Below are positions 37,001 through 49,122 of a DNA stretch of 64,000 nucleotides, in pieces. Position numbers and translations under genes: made by a program. Below the pieces are notes generated by a model. The model worked only from the letters and a program-made list of their open reading frames with translations, did no database searches and was not told where the DNA came from. Origin of the DNA: Trichodelitschia bisporula (lineage: Eukaryota); NCBI GenBank assembly GCA_010356995.1, contig ML996688.1, positions 1,586,579 to 1,650,578 on the forward strand, read 5' to 3'. The stretch's first letter is position 1. The number at the start of each line of letters is the position of its first letter.

Positions 37001-40000
37001 AAATCATCGCATCTCCCAATATTCGTGCATGCGAAGGGATTCTTGACTTGCGTAGACTTGCGCGGACCTGCGTTGACTCTGCCTTGGGCCTGCGCATCAA
37101 ACCCCCTCGTAGTGTTTCAATGCACCTGGTGATGCGTGCGCCGGGGTCTGCGAGCTACGAGTAAGGTGTGTGTCTCGAGGTACCTAGGTACCTTGCGTCG
37201 ATTTGAATTTCTCACCTGCGGGCTGGAAGCCTTTACACGACAGTCTTGCGGGTTAGTGTCGTCAAAAGTACCTAGGTACCTTGACCCCGCATGACAAAGA
37301 AACAGTGTTGAGAGGTCCAAAAGCGGGATGGTGAAGGCCTTGGCCATGCAGCCTCATGGCGAAGGACGACGGTCGAACTTATCGTGGTGTTCTGTCCACG
37401 GTCGCTGGATCGCTCTCCCCGGCAACCAGCCATGCAGATGCAGATACAGAAACACCCATCTCTTCGTCGCCCTAACCGCATGGGCTTCTGGTCTGGATAC
37501 GGTGATGCGGGTATGGGGTATCTTCAAACCGTACCTTGCAGCGGCTGCTCCCAGCATCACCGTCGTGCTGCGCGCTCAACCAGGCCGGTGGTTTCCCATG
37601 CCTACCTTGACCCAGAGAAGGAAGAGGAGAGAGATGGCTGACACAGGTACCATCTTCGACGGTTGGAGTCTCATGTCCCAACTCGTCCCAAATGGAGATG
37701 GCCTGTGTCCGACTCGACAGACGACTAGAGATGTGCTTGCTGGCCGGAATAGCCGGGGACGATGCAAGCAACTCGGCAGAGCAAATGTCCAGCCGCGAGA
37801 ACAAGTCGTCGACGTGGTGCGCTGAGAAGAGACTGGGAGACCCGGTGATTAATGAAGTGCATCTAAGCGCTTAGAAAGTGCGTCCTTCAGTAGAGTTTGT
37901 TGAAAGGTTGCTGTTCCCTGATGATACTGTAGGGCTCGGCGAAACTATTCGACCACATGCGGCCCATCTCCGAGCTCATGCCGAGATCAGAGTGGAGGGG
38001 AGGGAGGAGAGGAGTGGAGAGAAGACCGAGGAGAGCGGGACAGGGGGCGGAGAATCACGGGCCGCCAAACAGGCCCTGCACTCGCCTTTGGACTTTGTGA
38101 TTGGTGCTGCAGCCGGGAGAGCCAAGAGTTAAATCCCCGCAGCGCCACTTTCCACCCCGGCATTATTATGCCTGAGGCATTTTTCAACCTCAAGTCACCC
38201 GCCCCGCCTCCCCCACCACCATCATCCCCGCCCCGCTCTCAACCTCTCAAGCAAGTCGACCTTCCACCCGGCCCTCTCCCGCCGCTTTCCGCCCAACGAG
38301 GCTTGATAAAAGGAAGACGTACAGCCCAGCCTCGCGGCACCATTGGCCGACTCGATGATGCAGTTTCAGGTTGGTGATCAAACCATAACGGCCATCTGCA
38401 CGAAGACATGCAGCCACACTGCGAGCCTGGCCACACGGCAAGACAAGCCGTGAGATCCTGCCCTTCCCGCGCTGCCCATAATTCTCTGCTGGCCTTCTTT
38501 TCTTACTTTCCGGGGAGAGACACGGGATGATCATCCCATCCGGTTGCCGAGCAAGAAACGCTGCGTTACGAAGGATGCTATCGATAAATGCCCGCATTCC
38601 GTGCACTGGCCGCTGCCGTCACCTCTCTGTCGGGAACGGGGAGAAGCGAAAGGAATGTGCGCACAGCGCGGCTCTCCATGCCTCCAAAAATGCCTCTGGC
38701 GGAAAGCGGCGAGTAAGCAGGCTCGGTTCTCGAAGGGCGTTGGTATCAGATCTCGGGACCCGTGCTCTCTTGCGTGCGAGTCTTGCGCAAAACGATCTCG
38801 TGTGGCTTGTCCCTCTAGTCGATTCACAGTCTCTCAAGTCGCAAGTTCCCGCAGAAGGCTGGCAGCCCGTCTGCCCTGCCAGGCCATGACGAATAATGGA
38901 GGCTCGGACCGCTTTGAAGGGCACGGGCCAATACGGGCGGCGATTGGGGTGTGGTACGTAGCGGCGGTTGGCAGTAGCGGGGGAGGAAAGGCCAGGCCTT
39001 AACTCGACTACCCTAAGAAGTACCCGACCGTTGATGCATTCTCACCATGCATTGAAAACTAGATGGCCGGTTAGGTTCATGACATGACTCTACAGCAGTA
39101 CCCCGACCCGGTTCGTGCCCATGGAAGGTGAATGATCCTTTGGAGAAATGGACGGACCAGCAGGTTCACGCGCTTCACTGGGGGGCGGTGGCCAAAAGAG
39201 GGATGATGGATGAAATAAGGGCAGAACAACCTGGAAGCACGGTGGGGAATAGGAGATGGCGACTAATATTAAAAATGATCAGAGGACGCTCTTGTCTCTC
39301 TCGATGCGCAAAGACAACCATAATTCATAATTTGCCTGATTCCGCGTCAGTTTTTCAGTCGTTCAGTTGCCACCGGCGAGACGCTGTCACTTGCAAGACA
39401 ATCCAGTCACAAAATAACTAAAACAACACGGGAAGCCCCACCACAACAAGCCACAGCCTACGCGCCTATTCAATCCCACGCCATCCAGTAGACGCCTGCC
39501 CGGCCGAAAGCGCGAAAAAGGAAGCCGACCAACGACGACCAATCCATCACCGAAAGCGGCCTGCCATCGTAACACACCGACATCGACACGCTGAGCAAGC
39601 GATCACCGCCAAACGCACTGCAGAGATACACGCAGTGCAGCCTTTCGTTCACGCCCAACCCGCGATTTGACGACTTTCTCCGAACTTCTTGGTCAGCCTA
39701 ACGTCCAGTGTACGTACCTCTTTCTTTGCTTGGTCGTTGCCTGTATCTTGTCCCTTCTGCGAGCGTGTCTGCCACATGCGCAGATCAACCCAACGGCCGG
39801 CGGGACGGGCCTGAAGGGGCGGGAGCATGACGGTTGGAGTGGAGCAAGTAAGAAAGCTTGGTGGAGGGGAAGAGAGGGGCGTTGGGCGGCTGCAGACAGC
39901 GTTTGCAGTTGTCGACGCTTCGTCACCTCGTATCTGGGTGTTCCTCTTTCTCGTCAACCAGGCGGCTTCGCGACTTCGATGCTCGGATGCTGCCTCTGCC

Positions 40001-41350
40001 TGCCCTGCCTGCCCTGCCTGTCCCACCTGTCCTGCGTTTTCGGCCTGCTGTTCGGGTTGTCCCTGCCCGTCGTGGCTTCTCTTCTCTTGCTCCCCGTTTC
40101 TGCAGTTTCCATCCCAGGATCTCTTCTTGCACCTGGATTTGCATTTGGCTCTTGTCCGGGGGTCACAACCTGCCGACTCGTTGCGCAGCAGCGCAAGCAA
40201 GCGTGGTTAGTCGTCCTTTCGCTCGACGCTTATGCAAGATACTTCTGTTGCGACCACCTACCCCGACCATAATCCCAAACCCCTCTACCCGGTTCTCTGT
40301 CTCTACTCTTTCCACCCTCTCTGTCTCTCTGCGTCTCTTCCTCAGCAAAACCCCAACCCATTCGGCCAGTGTCGGGCCAGCCAGTGACGCGAAACCCTTG
40401 CTCGGGGCTCAAGTCGTCGGTGCGCCATTGGCTAGAAGAGGACTAGTGTGGGCGGCTGGGATTGGTCAGTCAGCCGTGATTGCCCCTGCTAGCCCTGGCA
40501 TCCGTGCACGGGCCAGCTGGGAAAGCAACCCAGCAATCATCTCTTCTATCATTGGCTGCATGGAAGAGACGCGCCGGGGGTCCCACCTGAGGTCTCACGC
40601 CTTCTCTTCGCACTTCGCACCTCCTCGCACGGTCCTCTCCCCTCTTTTCTCTCTCTTCTCCCATGCTTCTTCCACCCCCCCACCCCTCCCACATTCACAT
40701 CCCCCCCCTCCACCCCCGGCCAGCCAGTGCCAACGCCAGGCAAGCCAAAATCACCCTTTGGACCATTTTTAGCGGATGCCTCGCCCGTTCATTTCGTTTC
40801 ATCCCCCAGTCTCTTTTCCACACCCCGTCCCCCCTCAGAATCTCTGACACAAGTAAAGCTCGCTCCCTCCCCGTCAAATCCTCAGACTTCTGTTTCGTCT
40901 CAGGCCTGCGTACCTCTCACCGCGACCGCACCCCTCCCTCACCACCACCCCCTCCCATCCTCACTATTCCCCCATCTACACCATCAACCGCTGCATACTT
41001 TCTATCATACAATTAAACATCTCACCTCGACGGCGAGATCCAATTCTTCTTCGCGACTTCGAGGGCGGGACCCACGATATCCGATTTTTTTGCCCACACA
41101 TATCACTTCTCTAACCCGCCCCTTCCCCCGAACACCATCCCTCCCCGGCCGCCCCTTCCTTCACTTTGCCTCCTCCAAAAATCTTCCTTCATTTCGTGCT
41201 TCACCTCAACTTTCATTCTCGCGTCCTCGCTGGCTAGGACTGCACGCAGACTTTCTTGAGCTCGTCTCAATTGCAAACCCTTTTATCAACTCGTCTCGTC
41301 TGACGCTGGATCTCAGGTCGTTTTGACCCCAACTTCAACTGCAGCATATC

Positions 41351-43790
41351 ATGTATTCAAGCTCTCACGCCTCAATGCCTCCGCCACAGCAGCGACAGGT
41401 CGCGCCTGAAACCTTTTTATTAGACCAGGAAGCTCAGCGGAGTTTGCCCCAGGAGGCCGTCATCGCTTTGCGCCAGGTTGAAAATCGTGAGTTGCTTTGC
41501 CACCCAGTTGTTGGATGCCTCGCGCTTCCAACATCAACATCCAACAACAACAACTAACCCCACCACAGTCAAGTACTTTCTCATCTCTGCGCCCGTGGAC
41601 TGGAGTCCCGAGCAATGCATCCGTCGCTTTCTTCTGCCGACTGGCGAATACGTTTCCTGCGTGCTATGGTTCGTGATCTATGTCGCGCTTCTTTTTTGGC
41701 TTGCAATTAACCAAGCTTCAGGAATAATCTCTTTCATATCTCTGGTACCGACATCGTGCGATGCCTGTCCTTTCGCTTCCAGGCCTTTGGCCGCCCAGTC
41801 AAGAACTCGAAGAAATTCGAGGAGGGCATTTTCTCGGATCTGCGCAACCTGAAGTCAGGCACCGACGCGTCTCTTGAGGAGCCGAAGAGCCCGTTCTTGG
41901 ACTTCTTGTACAAGAACAACTGCATTCGCACCCAGAAGAAGCAAAAGGTCTTCTATTGGTACAGCGTGCCGCATGATCGCCTGTTCCTTGATGCCCTGGA
42001 GCGCGACCTGAAGAGGGAGAAGATGGGCCAGGAGGCGACTACTATGGCCGTCAGCGAGCCCGCACTCTCGTTCGAATTCGACTCATCGCAATCACTGTTC
42101 GAGCAGCTCACCAAGGCCCAGCAGACCAACTCGTCGTCTTTCACTTCTAACGTGCAGAGCTACACGCACGCATCCCCGGTCGAGCAGATGGCCCCGCCGC
42201 AAATGATGGCCCAGCCTATGGCACCAGTTGTCGTTGACGATTCGCTGAACCAGATCGGGAACTACCCGCAGATGCAACAAATTCCCACGTCGATTCCTGG
42301 CGTCTCCAACGCTGTGGTGGCGAAGAGCCGCGAACGCGATTTTGGCCAGCCGCAATTTGACCGCAATGGCATCCCTTTGGGACAGCTGCACCAGCGCGCG
42401 AACTCGATGCCCGCTTTCATGGAATGCTCGCCTGCGCCGTCACTGGCTCTGTCGCACTATGATGACTACAGCAACCCGCGCATGTCTTTTGAGCCGCTCA
42501 CTCCTCCTCAACATGCTTTCAGCCTGGGCCCTGAGCCGTCGTACATCCCCAATGAAGACACTGGCCTCTATTCGGCGATTCCCGACCTCAACGTGTCTGC
42601 GACCTTCAACCCGATGATGCAACTGCCGCCTTCCAGCTTTGGTCCGCAATTTTCCGTGACTCGCACCTTCCCTCCTCCCAATGTCTACTCCGTCATTGAA
42701 GGGTCTCCCACCTACAAGCAGCGCCGGAGACGATCTTCCATCACCACCAACGTGGGGGTTGTCACTGCCAGCGGAGCCGTTCAGGGTGTGCAGCGCACCA
42801 GCGATCTCCGGAGATCAATGTCCAGCTCTGTTGTCCCTGTTCAGGAGGTTGACGAGAACGAGCACGACTCACCGCAGAGCTCGAATAACTACGCGCCTGT
42901 GCAGAAGACTGAGCCCTTCCCCGATCTGTCCAGGCACGGAACGCCTCTGGCGACTGTTGAGGACAGCCCCATCCAGCAGCCGATGACGATCATGCCGCAG
43001 GACGAGCTTTCGCAATTTACCAACGGTGATTTTGCAGAGGCTCCTCTGCAGCATAGCGCTTTGGCTCGCACCGCTGGTGGCGTATTTCGGCGCGCGCGCA
43101 GCGCTACGATGATGGAGCTGGGTCCCTACCCGCAGAAGTCACATTCGTGCCCGATTCCTACTTGCGGAAGGTTGTTCAAGAGATTAGAGCACTTGAAGAG
43201 GTAAGCGCTTGTTTCCGATCCCCAAGATGCCTTGTGGAGATTAGATTGTTTCACAATTGCATCTCAGCCAAAAATAGAAGCTGACTCCCGGCGCTTAGGC
43301 ACGTGCGCACGCACACTCAGGAACGTCCATACGTCTGCCAACTCTGCAGCAAGGCCTTTTCGCGCTCTGACAACCTCGCACAGTATGTTTCACGTGTACG
43401 CGCCGTCACTTGGATTGTCGCTAATCATTTCTTAGACATAAGCGCACGCATGAGCAGCAGCAGAATGGCGAGCAAGTCAACTTTAGCGAAGAGGATTTTG
43501 AGAACGAGGATGACCATATCCCCGCTCTGGACGAAACGTCGCCGGGCTCCGAAGAACACTCGTACCTCGGCAATGGCATGCCGCCTTCGACTTCGGACCT
43601 GTCGGCGTCGTTGAACTCCCTCTCGGGTGGTAACATGTCCGAGCACCCGTACCTCCACGGAAACAACTCCACTCCCGACATGTCTACGGGAATGGGCAGC
43701 ATGAATACAGGCACGAGCAACATGAACGGCCCGAGCATGAACGGCACTAGCATGGGACCCCCTCCCATGGTCGCGGCACATAACTACTAG
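41351..43790 (+). CDS. STE12: Ste12/SteA transcription factor (STE homeodomain plus two C2H2 fingers)
   Basis: [97 protein letters not shown]. Introns 41487-41568, 41669-41721, 43201-43298, 43383-43435. Confidence 0.97.
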
Positions 43791-45810
43791 GCCTCATCTC
43801 GTCTATCCTAATATCTCCCGGGTTTAGCCTTGGTCTTTTTGGCGCAAAAGGCATGGACGCACCCTGTGAGCCGGAGTCTTGATTCTTATCATGAACGACC
43901 GATAGATTTCTCTGTGTTTATATTGTCATCTACTTTTTGGTTTGATGTGCTTGCATCCGCTTTCGGGGCAAGAGGTCTTTTTGCGGAGTTTGGGAGAAAT
44001 CTGCTGGCGCGTAGACATGACTTGGACGATCCTTTGGTGTGTGCAGCTCACATGCTCCCTGCAACCTTTTCTTTTATCCACACTGCTTCGGTGTTTTGGC
44101 GGTGCTTGGTCGGTCGAAGGGGGTCTGGGGTCGGGGGTGCGGATAGGAACTGGGTGAAAAAGCGCTCGGATGTTTGTCTTGCTCTGCTCCGGTGCAGGTG
44201 GATGGGGCGGGCTGGACGGAAGGTGTTCGGTTACAAGATGGGATCGTGGTTCCACGGATGATATCCCGTGATGGGGCGATGGGTGTACCGTACTTTTGCT
44301 GCATGGCCCGCATGGCGGTGTTTGCCTTGTGCCCGGTGAAGGGCGATGTGGGCTGTATTTGTTTCTCTGCGCTGGCTTCTTGTCATGTAGACCGTGTGTG
44401 GCCTGTAACATAGATAACTATGTCTTGATGATGTTGGGAATACGTGATGGTGCTTGATGCTCGGGACGACAGCCTTTCCCCCCCCCCCCCGAGGGGGGGT
44501 TTTTAGGCAAGCCTGCCGTGCCTGCCTGCTTCGATGTAGTACTGGACTGGACGTCCTCTACCGGAAGGAAAGGTAGGTTCTTGACGTGTTCCGCGGTTGT
44601 TCTACTGACGACGTGATCTAGCATGCTGCACAGCACCTTCCTTCTGGAAAACCGCGTTCGGGAAAGCGCCATCCTGGCCCTCCGGAATCAGAGACTAGAA
44701 CTAGACGCCAAGTTCCCCGCACGACACTTCATCCGTGACCTCACCCCCACCATCCAACATCGCCCCGGCCTGTCGTCCGTCATCCCCAGAATCCCTTCAT
44801 GTTGCTCTACGCAACGCTCTCTGCGCAACTACCGGCTTGTTAAGAGACCTTTCCCTGTCTGATCGACACTACTGCGAATGACGAATGCCATTTGGTAACG
44901 CAGTCGAAGGATTTCCGGAAGGCCTTTCAGCACATGCGCTTCCGCCGCGCGCTGCTATACTCAGACGTCCCCTTCTTTGGGTGCAGCCCCACCATCGACA
45001 AGGACACTGCGATAGCGGAGAGAAGAATATGGGATACAGGAACGAGAGCTTATCTGACATGCGGACGTCGATTGATCGCCCAGAGATCTCACTTGCATTC
45101 AATCCTATCCCCAAGAAGGGGATCCTATACGAGGGCGAAAAGGTTCCAGAGCATAGAACTAGTCCGGCCTTTTGCGCTTTTCTTGGGGTTTGGATGAGAT
45201 GTGAGAGAGATCTCGGGTGATCAGTGGACGTCCTCATGACTGTTAACCTCTCGTTTTGGAACTCCCTGTTTTTCTTTACCGCTGTCTTGGTGTTCTTATC
45301 GGTGGTGGCGCTGCATTCTAAGAATGGGACGCCACGAGCTCTGGCTCTCGCTGCCGGCGTGTCTTCGCTTCATCTGGCGAGCGCTCGAACGCGGCGCAGC
45401 CCACCTCTACCGCGACTGCCCAGAGATCCAGGCAATAGTCCAGGAGGGGATCGCCCATCTGGCCACTGAGAATTCAAAGTTTGGATTATCGGTGGGCAGA
45501 TACGCAATTCCGTCCTGGATTATCGCCTGGATCTCTGGGCAGTCGTGGTAGAGGTGAGCTATGCCGCATCTGAGCGCTCGCCAGAATCAGCGTTGCAAAC
45601 TGCTCTATCAAGACGGCTCATGACTTGAAACACACAGCGGTCTTATCTCTCGCGGCCTGCGTGTTCTCCGCTTTGTCTTCTGCTGTAGGCGAACTCACCT
45701 CACTTCTACTCTGGAAGCTCCGTTGATACAAATATAAACGAGTGGTGCTTTGGGTTCTGGCATACAACAGCGTCACGCCTCTGCAAATATCGTTCCGGAA
45801 ACCAAAAAGA

Positions 45811-46500
45811 ATGGACGAGAGACACTTATATATGGCTGAACTGACCGAATCGTTTTCCAGGTTACAGTTAGGCCAAGACTTAAAGCCGATGCTTACGCGG
45901 GAACGAGCCAAGGAACTATACTACATGTTCATCTTCCAACAGTTCCCCGAAAGAAGGCGCTACGGCCGCGATAATGACGGGCCTCTTGTGGATATGTGGA
46001 CAGAATGGGCCTTGAGCATGCGGTCCCAACCCGAGGCCCAGGACCTCTGGCGCTATATCACCGGTGAGGCTCCCAAGCTGCTCGACTTGAATTATGCGAA
46101 CCACTGGCTCCTTGACCGGGCGCTCAAAACGTGGTTGCAGAGACAATTCTCCCTGGTGGACTTGGCCGAGATTTACGAGTATGAAGCTCAGGTTCAAAAT
46201 GAGGCTCTGTTTCAAACTGGGCTCAGGCCTGAAAAAGAGTCGGCGCCGCATTTGTGGAAGATGATGGAGCTCTGGGCGACGCGGAAGATAGCCAAAACGG
46301 CCCTGAGTGCACAAGGGGTTGGTATTCCTGTGGTCTTGGGCTGGAAGATTCATGGGTGGCCCTTGGGCTCGACTGCGGGTTCTTGCGCCGCCTTTCAAGC
46401 GGAAGCATACCTTGGTAATCTCTTGATGCAAATATGCGATTTCCCTCTCCAAGTAACTGTCCAGCTGATGGACGGCGGCAGCCTCATCGTCGGAAAGTAG
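45811..46500 (+). CDS. Orphan paralogue family member A (229 aa), copia-Gag N-terminal-like
   Basis: TATA-like ATATAAA near 45732. WTEWALSMRSQPEAQDLWRYITGE..LLDRALKTWL..LAEIYEY..SAPHLWKMMELWA is shared with downstream copies. Confidence 0.7.
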   Translation: MDERHLYMAELTESFSRLQLGQDLKPMLTRERAKELYYMFIFQQFPERRRYGRDNDGPLVDMWTEWALSMRSQPEAQDLWRYITGEAPKLLDLNYANHWLLDRALKTWLQRQFSLVDLAEIYEYEAQVQNEALFQTGLRPEKESAPHLWKMMELWATRKIAKTALSAQGVGIPVVLGWKIHGWPLGSTAGSCAAFQAEAYLGNLLMQICDFPLQVTVQLMDGGSLIVGK

Positions 46501-46785
46501 GTCAGCTGTTGCTCTCTGAATGACCCTTCATTCAAGGAAGTCCTGAATGCCATGCTCTTGATTGGAGAGCGGGTATCAGCACATAATTGAGTGGGTGGAT
46601 GAACTGCTGTGTAACGGCATCCGCCGATGAGCTGACTCGCTCGTCTTCTTTAAAAAGGCGAGGTATCTTGCTCGTTGACTTTCAGTTTCACTGAAGCACC
46701 TTCTCAAGTTTTGAATGGCTGGTATATATCTCTCCTGTTATGATGGCATGTTAGCTAAAGGCGCGCAGTCAACAACATCCGGTAC

Positions 46786-47022
46786 TTGCACTGCGGCCAT
46801 CGTGTGGATCGGAAACCCAAGGCCTTCCTGGTAAAGCACTGCACCACTGCCGCTATGGTCGAAATTGAACGCTTTGTGAAGGGTATTGAGAATCCATTGT
46901 CTGAAGATAAGAACTTCTGGGTTGGTTCGACGCCGCGCTGGTGGGCGATGGCAGAGCGTTGGGCGGCAGATAACAAGTCCAAGGCTGTCGGCCTTGCCGA
47001 GGAAATGGGGTACATGGATTGA
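46786..47022 (+). pseudogene. 5'-truncated family member B
   Basis: DRKPKAFLVKHCTTAAMVEIERF..WVGSTPRWWAMAERWA aligns to the C-terminal half of member E. An in-frame TAA lies just upstream and the N-terminal half is absent. Confidence 0.65.
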
Positions 47023-47325
47023 GCTTCTGGAAGTAGTGTTCATGTCTTGCCTTAGCAGTCTTGAGAACGCAACCCTCCGATAGCCGAGGAAGACCCTGAA
47101 TTGATATCGCTTTGAATTTCCGCAAACCATGTGCCCATCGCAAACCCGCAGCGGATGAATGGAACCCTTCCTCTTCCCCGTGAAAGAATCCAGACCGGGC
47201 CATCTTGCTAGTCGGATCTTGTGTCCAGCAACCTTTTCCCCTAGCGCTCTGGTAGGTGCGTCTTCCAACATCCAATATTTATAGTTGCCATATGGGTTCA
47301 CTGGTCATCATTCTCCACGATCATC

Positions 47326-47398
47326 CAACCCTCTCCTCAGCCTCCACTCCTCAAACCCACCTTCAACCCTCTCCTCTGCCTCCACTCCTCAAACCCAC
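47326..47398 (+). repeat. Tandem duplication of a 35-nt unit (period 38, 1 mismatch) upstream of member C
   Basis: caaccctctcctcagcctccactcctcaaacccac / caaccctctcctctgcctccactcctcaaacccac. Confidence 0.85.
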
Positions 47399-47444
47399 AC
47401 ACCGCAACCACCTCCTCCCCATCCACACCACCCCCGCCCCCAAA

Positions 47445-47858
47445 ATGGTCTTCCTATCCGACCTCCAAATGGACATGATCCACGCCGCCCTCTACTCAGG
47501 ACAACAAATCGCCCTCCCCGGCGTGCTCTACTCCCCCACCGAAGGCAACCTGTCAACCTCCTCCCCGCGCTACCAAGACTGGCCCGCCTGGTCCGCCTTC
47601 GTGCGCAACCTAGTCTCCGCGCTCGACATGGGCAAATCTCTGCCCACTAGCGCAGAGCAGAGCGGGTCCGCATACCACGACGCCAACCGCACCCTCAAGG
47701 AGATCATGGCGCAGAACTGCTCGCCCACCGCGGTGGCTGAGATCGAAGCTTTCTCCGCGAGGGCGGCGGAGGAGGTCGAGGTTGTTGGCGGCGCGACGCA
47801 TTTTTGGAAGTGTGCTGAGCTGTGGGCTGCGAGTCGGGAGGGGGAGGTTACGGCTTAG
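47445..47858 (+). CDS. Orphan paralogue family member C (137 aa)
   Basis: CAAAATG start context. IALPGVLYSPTE..DWPAWSAFVR..NRTLKEIMAQNCSPTAVAEIEAF..ATHFWKCAELWA. Confidence 0.7.
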   Translation: MVFLSDLQMDMIHAALYSGQQIALPGVLYSPTEGNLSTSSPRYQDWPAWSAFVRNLVSALDMGKSLPTSAEQSGSAYHDANRTLKEIMAQNCSPTAVAEIEAFSARAAEEVEVVGGATHFWKCAELWAASREGEVTA

Positions 47859-48598
47859 GGGTTACGCTGAGGGTTAAGGTTGAAGGGTCTGGATTGAATT
47901 TGTGGGGAACGGGGGGGGGGTAATGGAAGGGTCCACGTGGTGGGGAATTGTTCTTTTCGGTGTTCGCTTTCGGCAGGCGTGGTTACGAGTATCCGTGGGG
48001 ATCGAGTTTGATTGCCTCGGAGTTTTTCGTCTTGCGTGTTGTATTTAGTAGGATAATGTAATGACTCTGGCGGATATGTATGAATATCGTAGCATGAATG
48101 GTGAATTTGCTCCCCGCTTCCACTCGGGACTGTCCTGTGGCACGAGAAGCATCAGTGATGCCCGATTCGGCAATCTGGAGAACAGCAGGTGTATCGATTA
48201 GCTTGCCCAAGTGACTGGACAACGCATTTGAGTTCGAACTGTCTGTTATCCGTATCTGCCTTGCTGGATGTTCCAAGGTCAACTTGCGTTAAATTCAGCC
48301 AATTCGCATCGTGCTTGCACCTCCATCTCAGCGGTAGAAACCTTGCGACGGACCGAAAAGGCTGAAGCCCCCTTGTCACTTGTGGCTTGGCAGCCTGTTA
48401 TGCTTTACGACAATCACCTTCCATGTTGAGGGGAGCTCTGTTGGGCTCTACAGACCATTTTCTCCAACCCTCCAGGTGCGGGGTCGTCTTAGGCAGGCGC
48501 TGGGTATAAGTATCGTGCTGCTGCTGCCTCTGGATCATTAATCACTCACCCTCCAAAGTCACCGTCAAATTCCAGAAATCCGACTCGACGCCATTGAG

Positions 48599-49122
48599 AT
48601 GTTTACATACACCCACCAAGAGATCGACGAAGTCTTCCCCTTGAAAGGATTCGAGCCGATCGTCGTTCTCTAATCACCAACTGAGAATGTGGATGAGCTT
48701 CCGCTACTCAAGCGTCCGGACGCACAGTACGTCGAGCGGCCGGTGTGGTCAGTTGTCACGCACTACACTCTCGATATGGTCGACCTGTGGGACTACATTG
48801 ACCACGTAAATTCCCCACTGTGTGTGGACGAGCGTCTTCCGTGCCTTCTTGATCGCGGCATCAAGCTTTGGCTGGCATCCAACTGCACTCCGACTGCCAT
48901 AGTTGAAATCGAAGACTACGCCCAGGATGTATCGTCACGGCGACCAGACGTCAAGAAAACTTGATCGGGTCCGCTTAACACTGGTGGAGGATGTCGAACT
49001 TGTGGGCGAAATGTATTACTTCTACGCCCAAAGATGTTGTCCCTAAGAAAAGTCTCAAGAGAAAGGCGTCGGGGATGGGGCCAGAAGAAGATATGCATCG
49101 TGCAGGACTGAAGCGAAGGTGA
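48599..49122 (+). pseudogene. Family member D, pseudogene (two premature TAA and one frameshift)
   Basis: ATG at 48599; VVL*SPTE (TAA 48671-48673); PVWSVVTHYTLDMVDLWDYI..LDRGIKLWLASNCTPTAIVEIEDYA; 1-nt deletion near 48963; then IGSA*HWWRMSNLWA (TAA 48976-48978). Confidence 0.75.

Noticed and set aside
39667..40772. 201-aa and 304-aa ORFs upstream of STE12
   Set aside because: Non-ATG starts, low-complexity Cys/Leu/Ser/Pro content from CT-rich repeats, and no recognisable motifs.
45626..45632. TGAAACA (Ste12 pheromone-response element) upstream of array copy A
   Set aside because: A single 7-mer is expected by chance; it also occurs at 5031 and 19562 and was not seen before the other copies.
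47856..47880. TTAGGG-like sequence; also searched large gaps for a telomerase RNA template
   Set aside because: Only degenerate single copies were seen, with no CTAACCCTAA template and no telomeric array.
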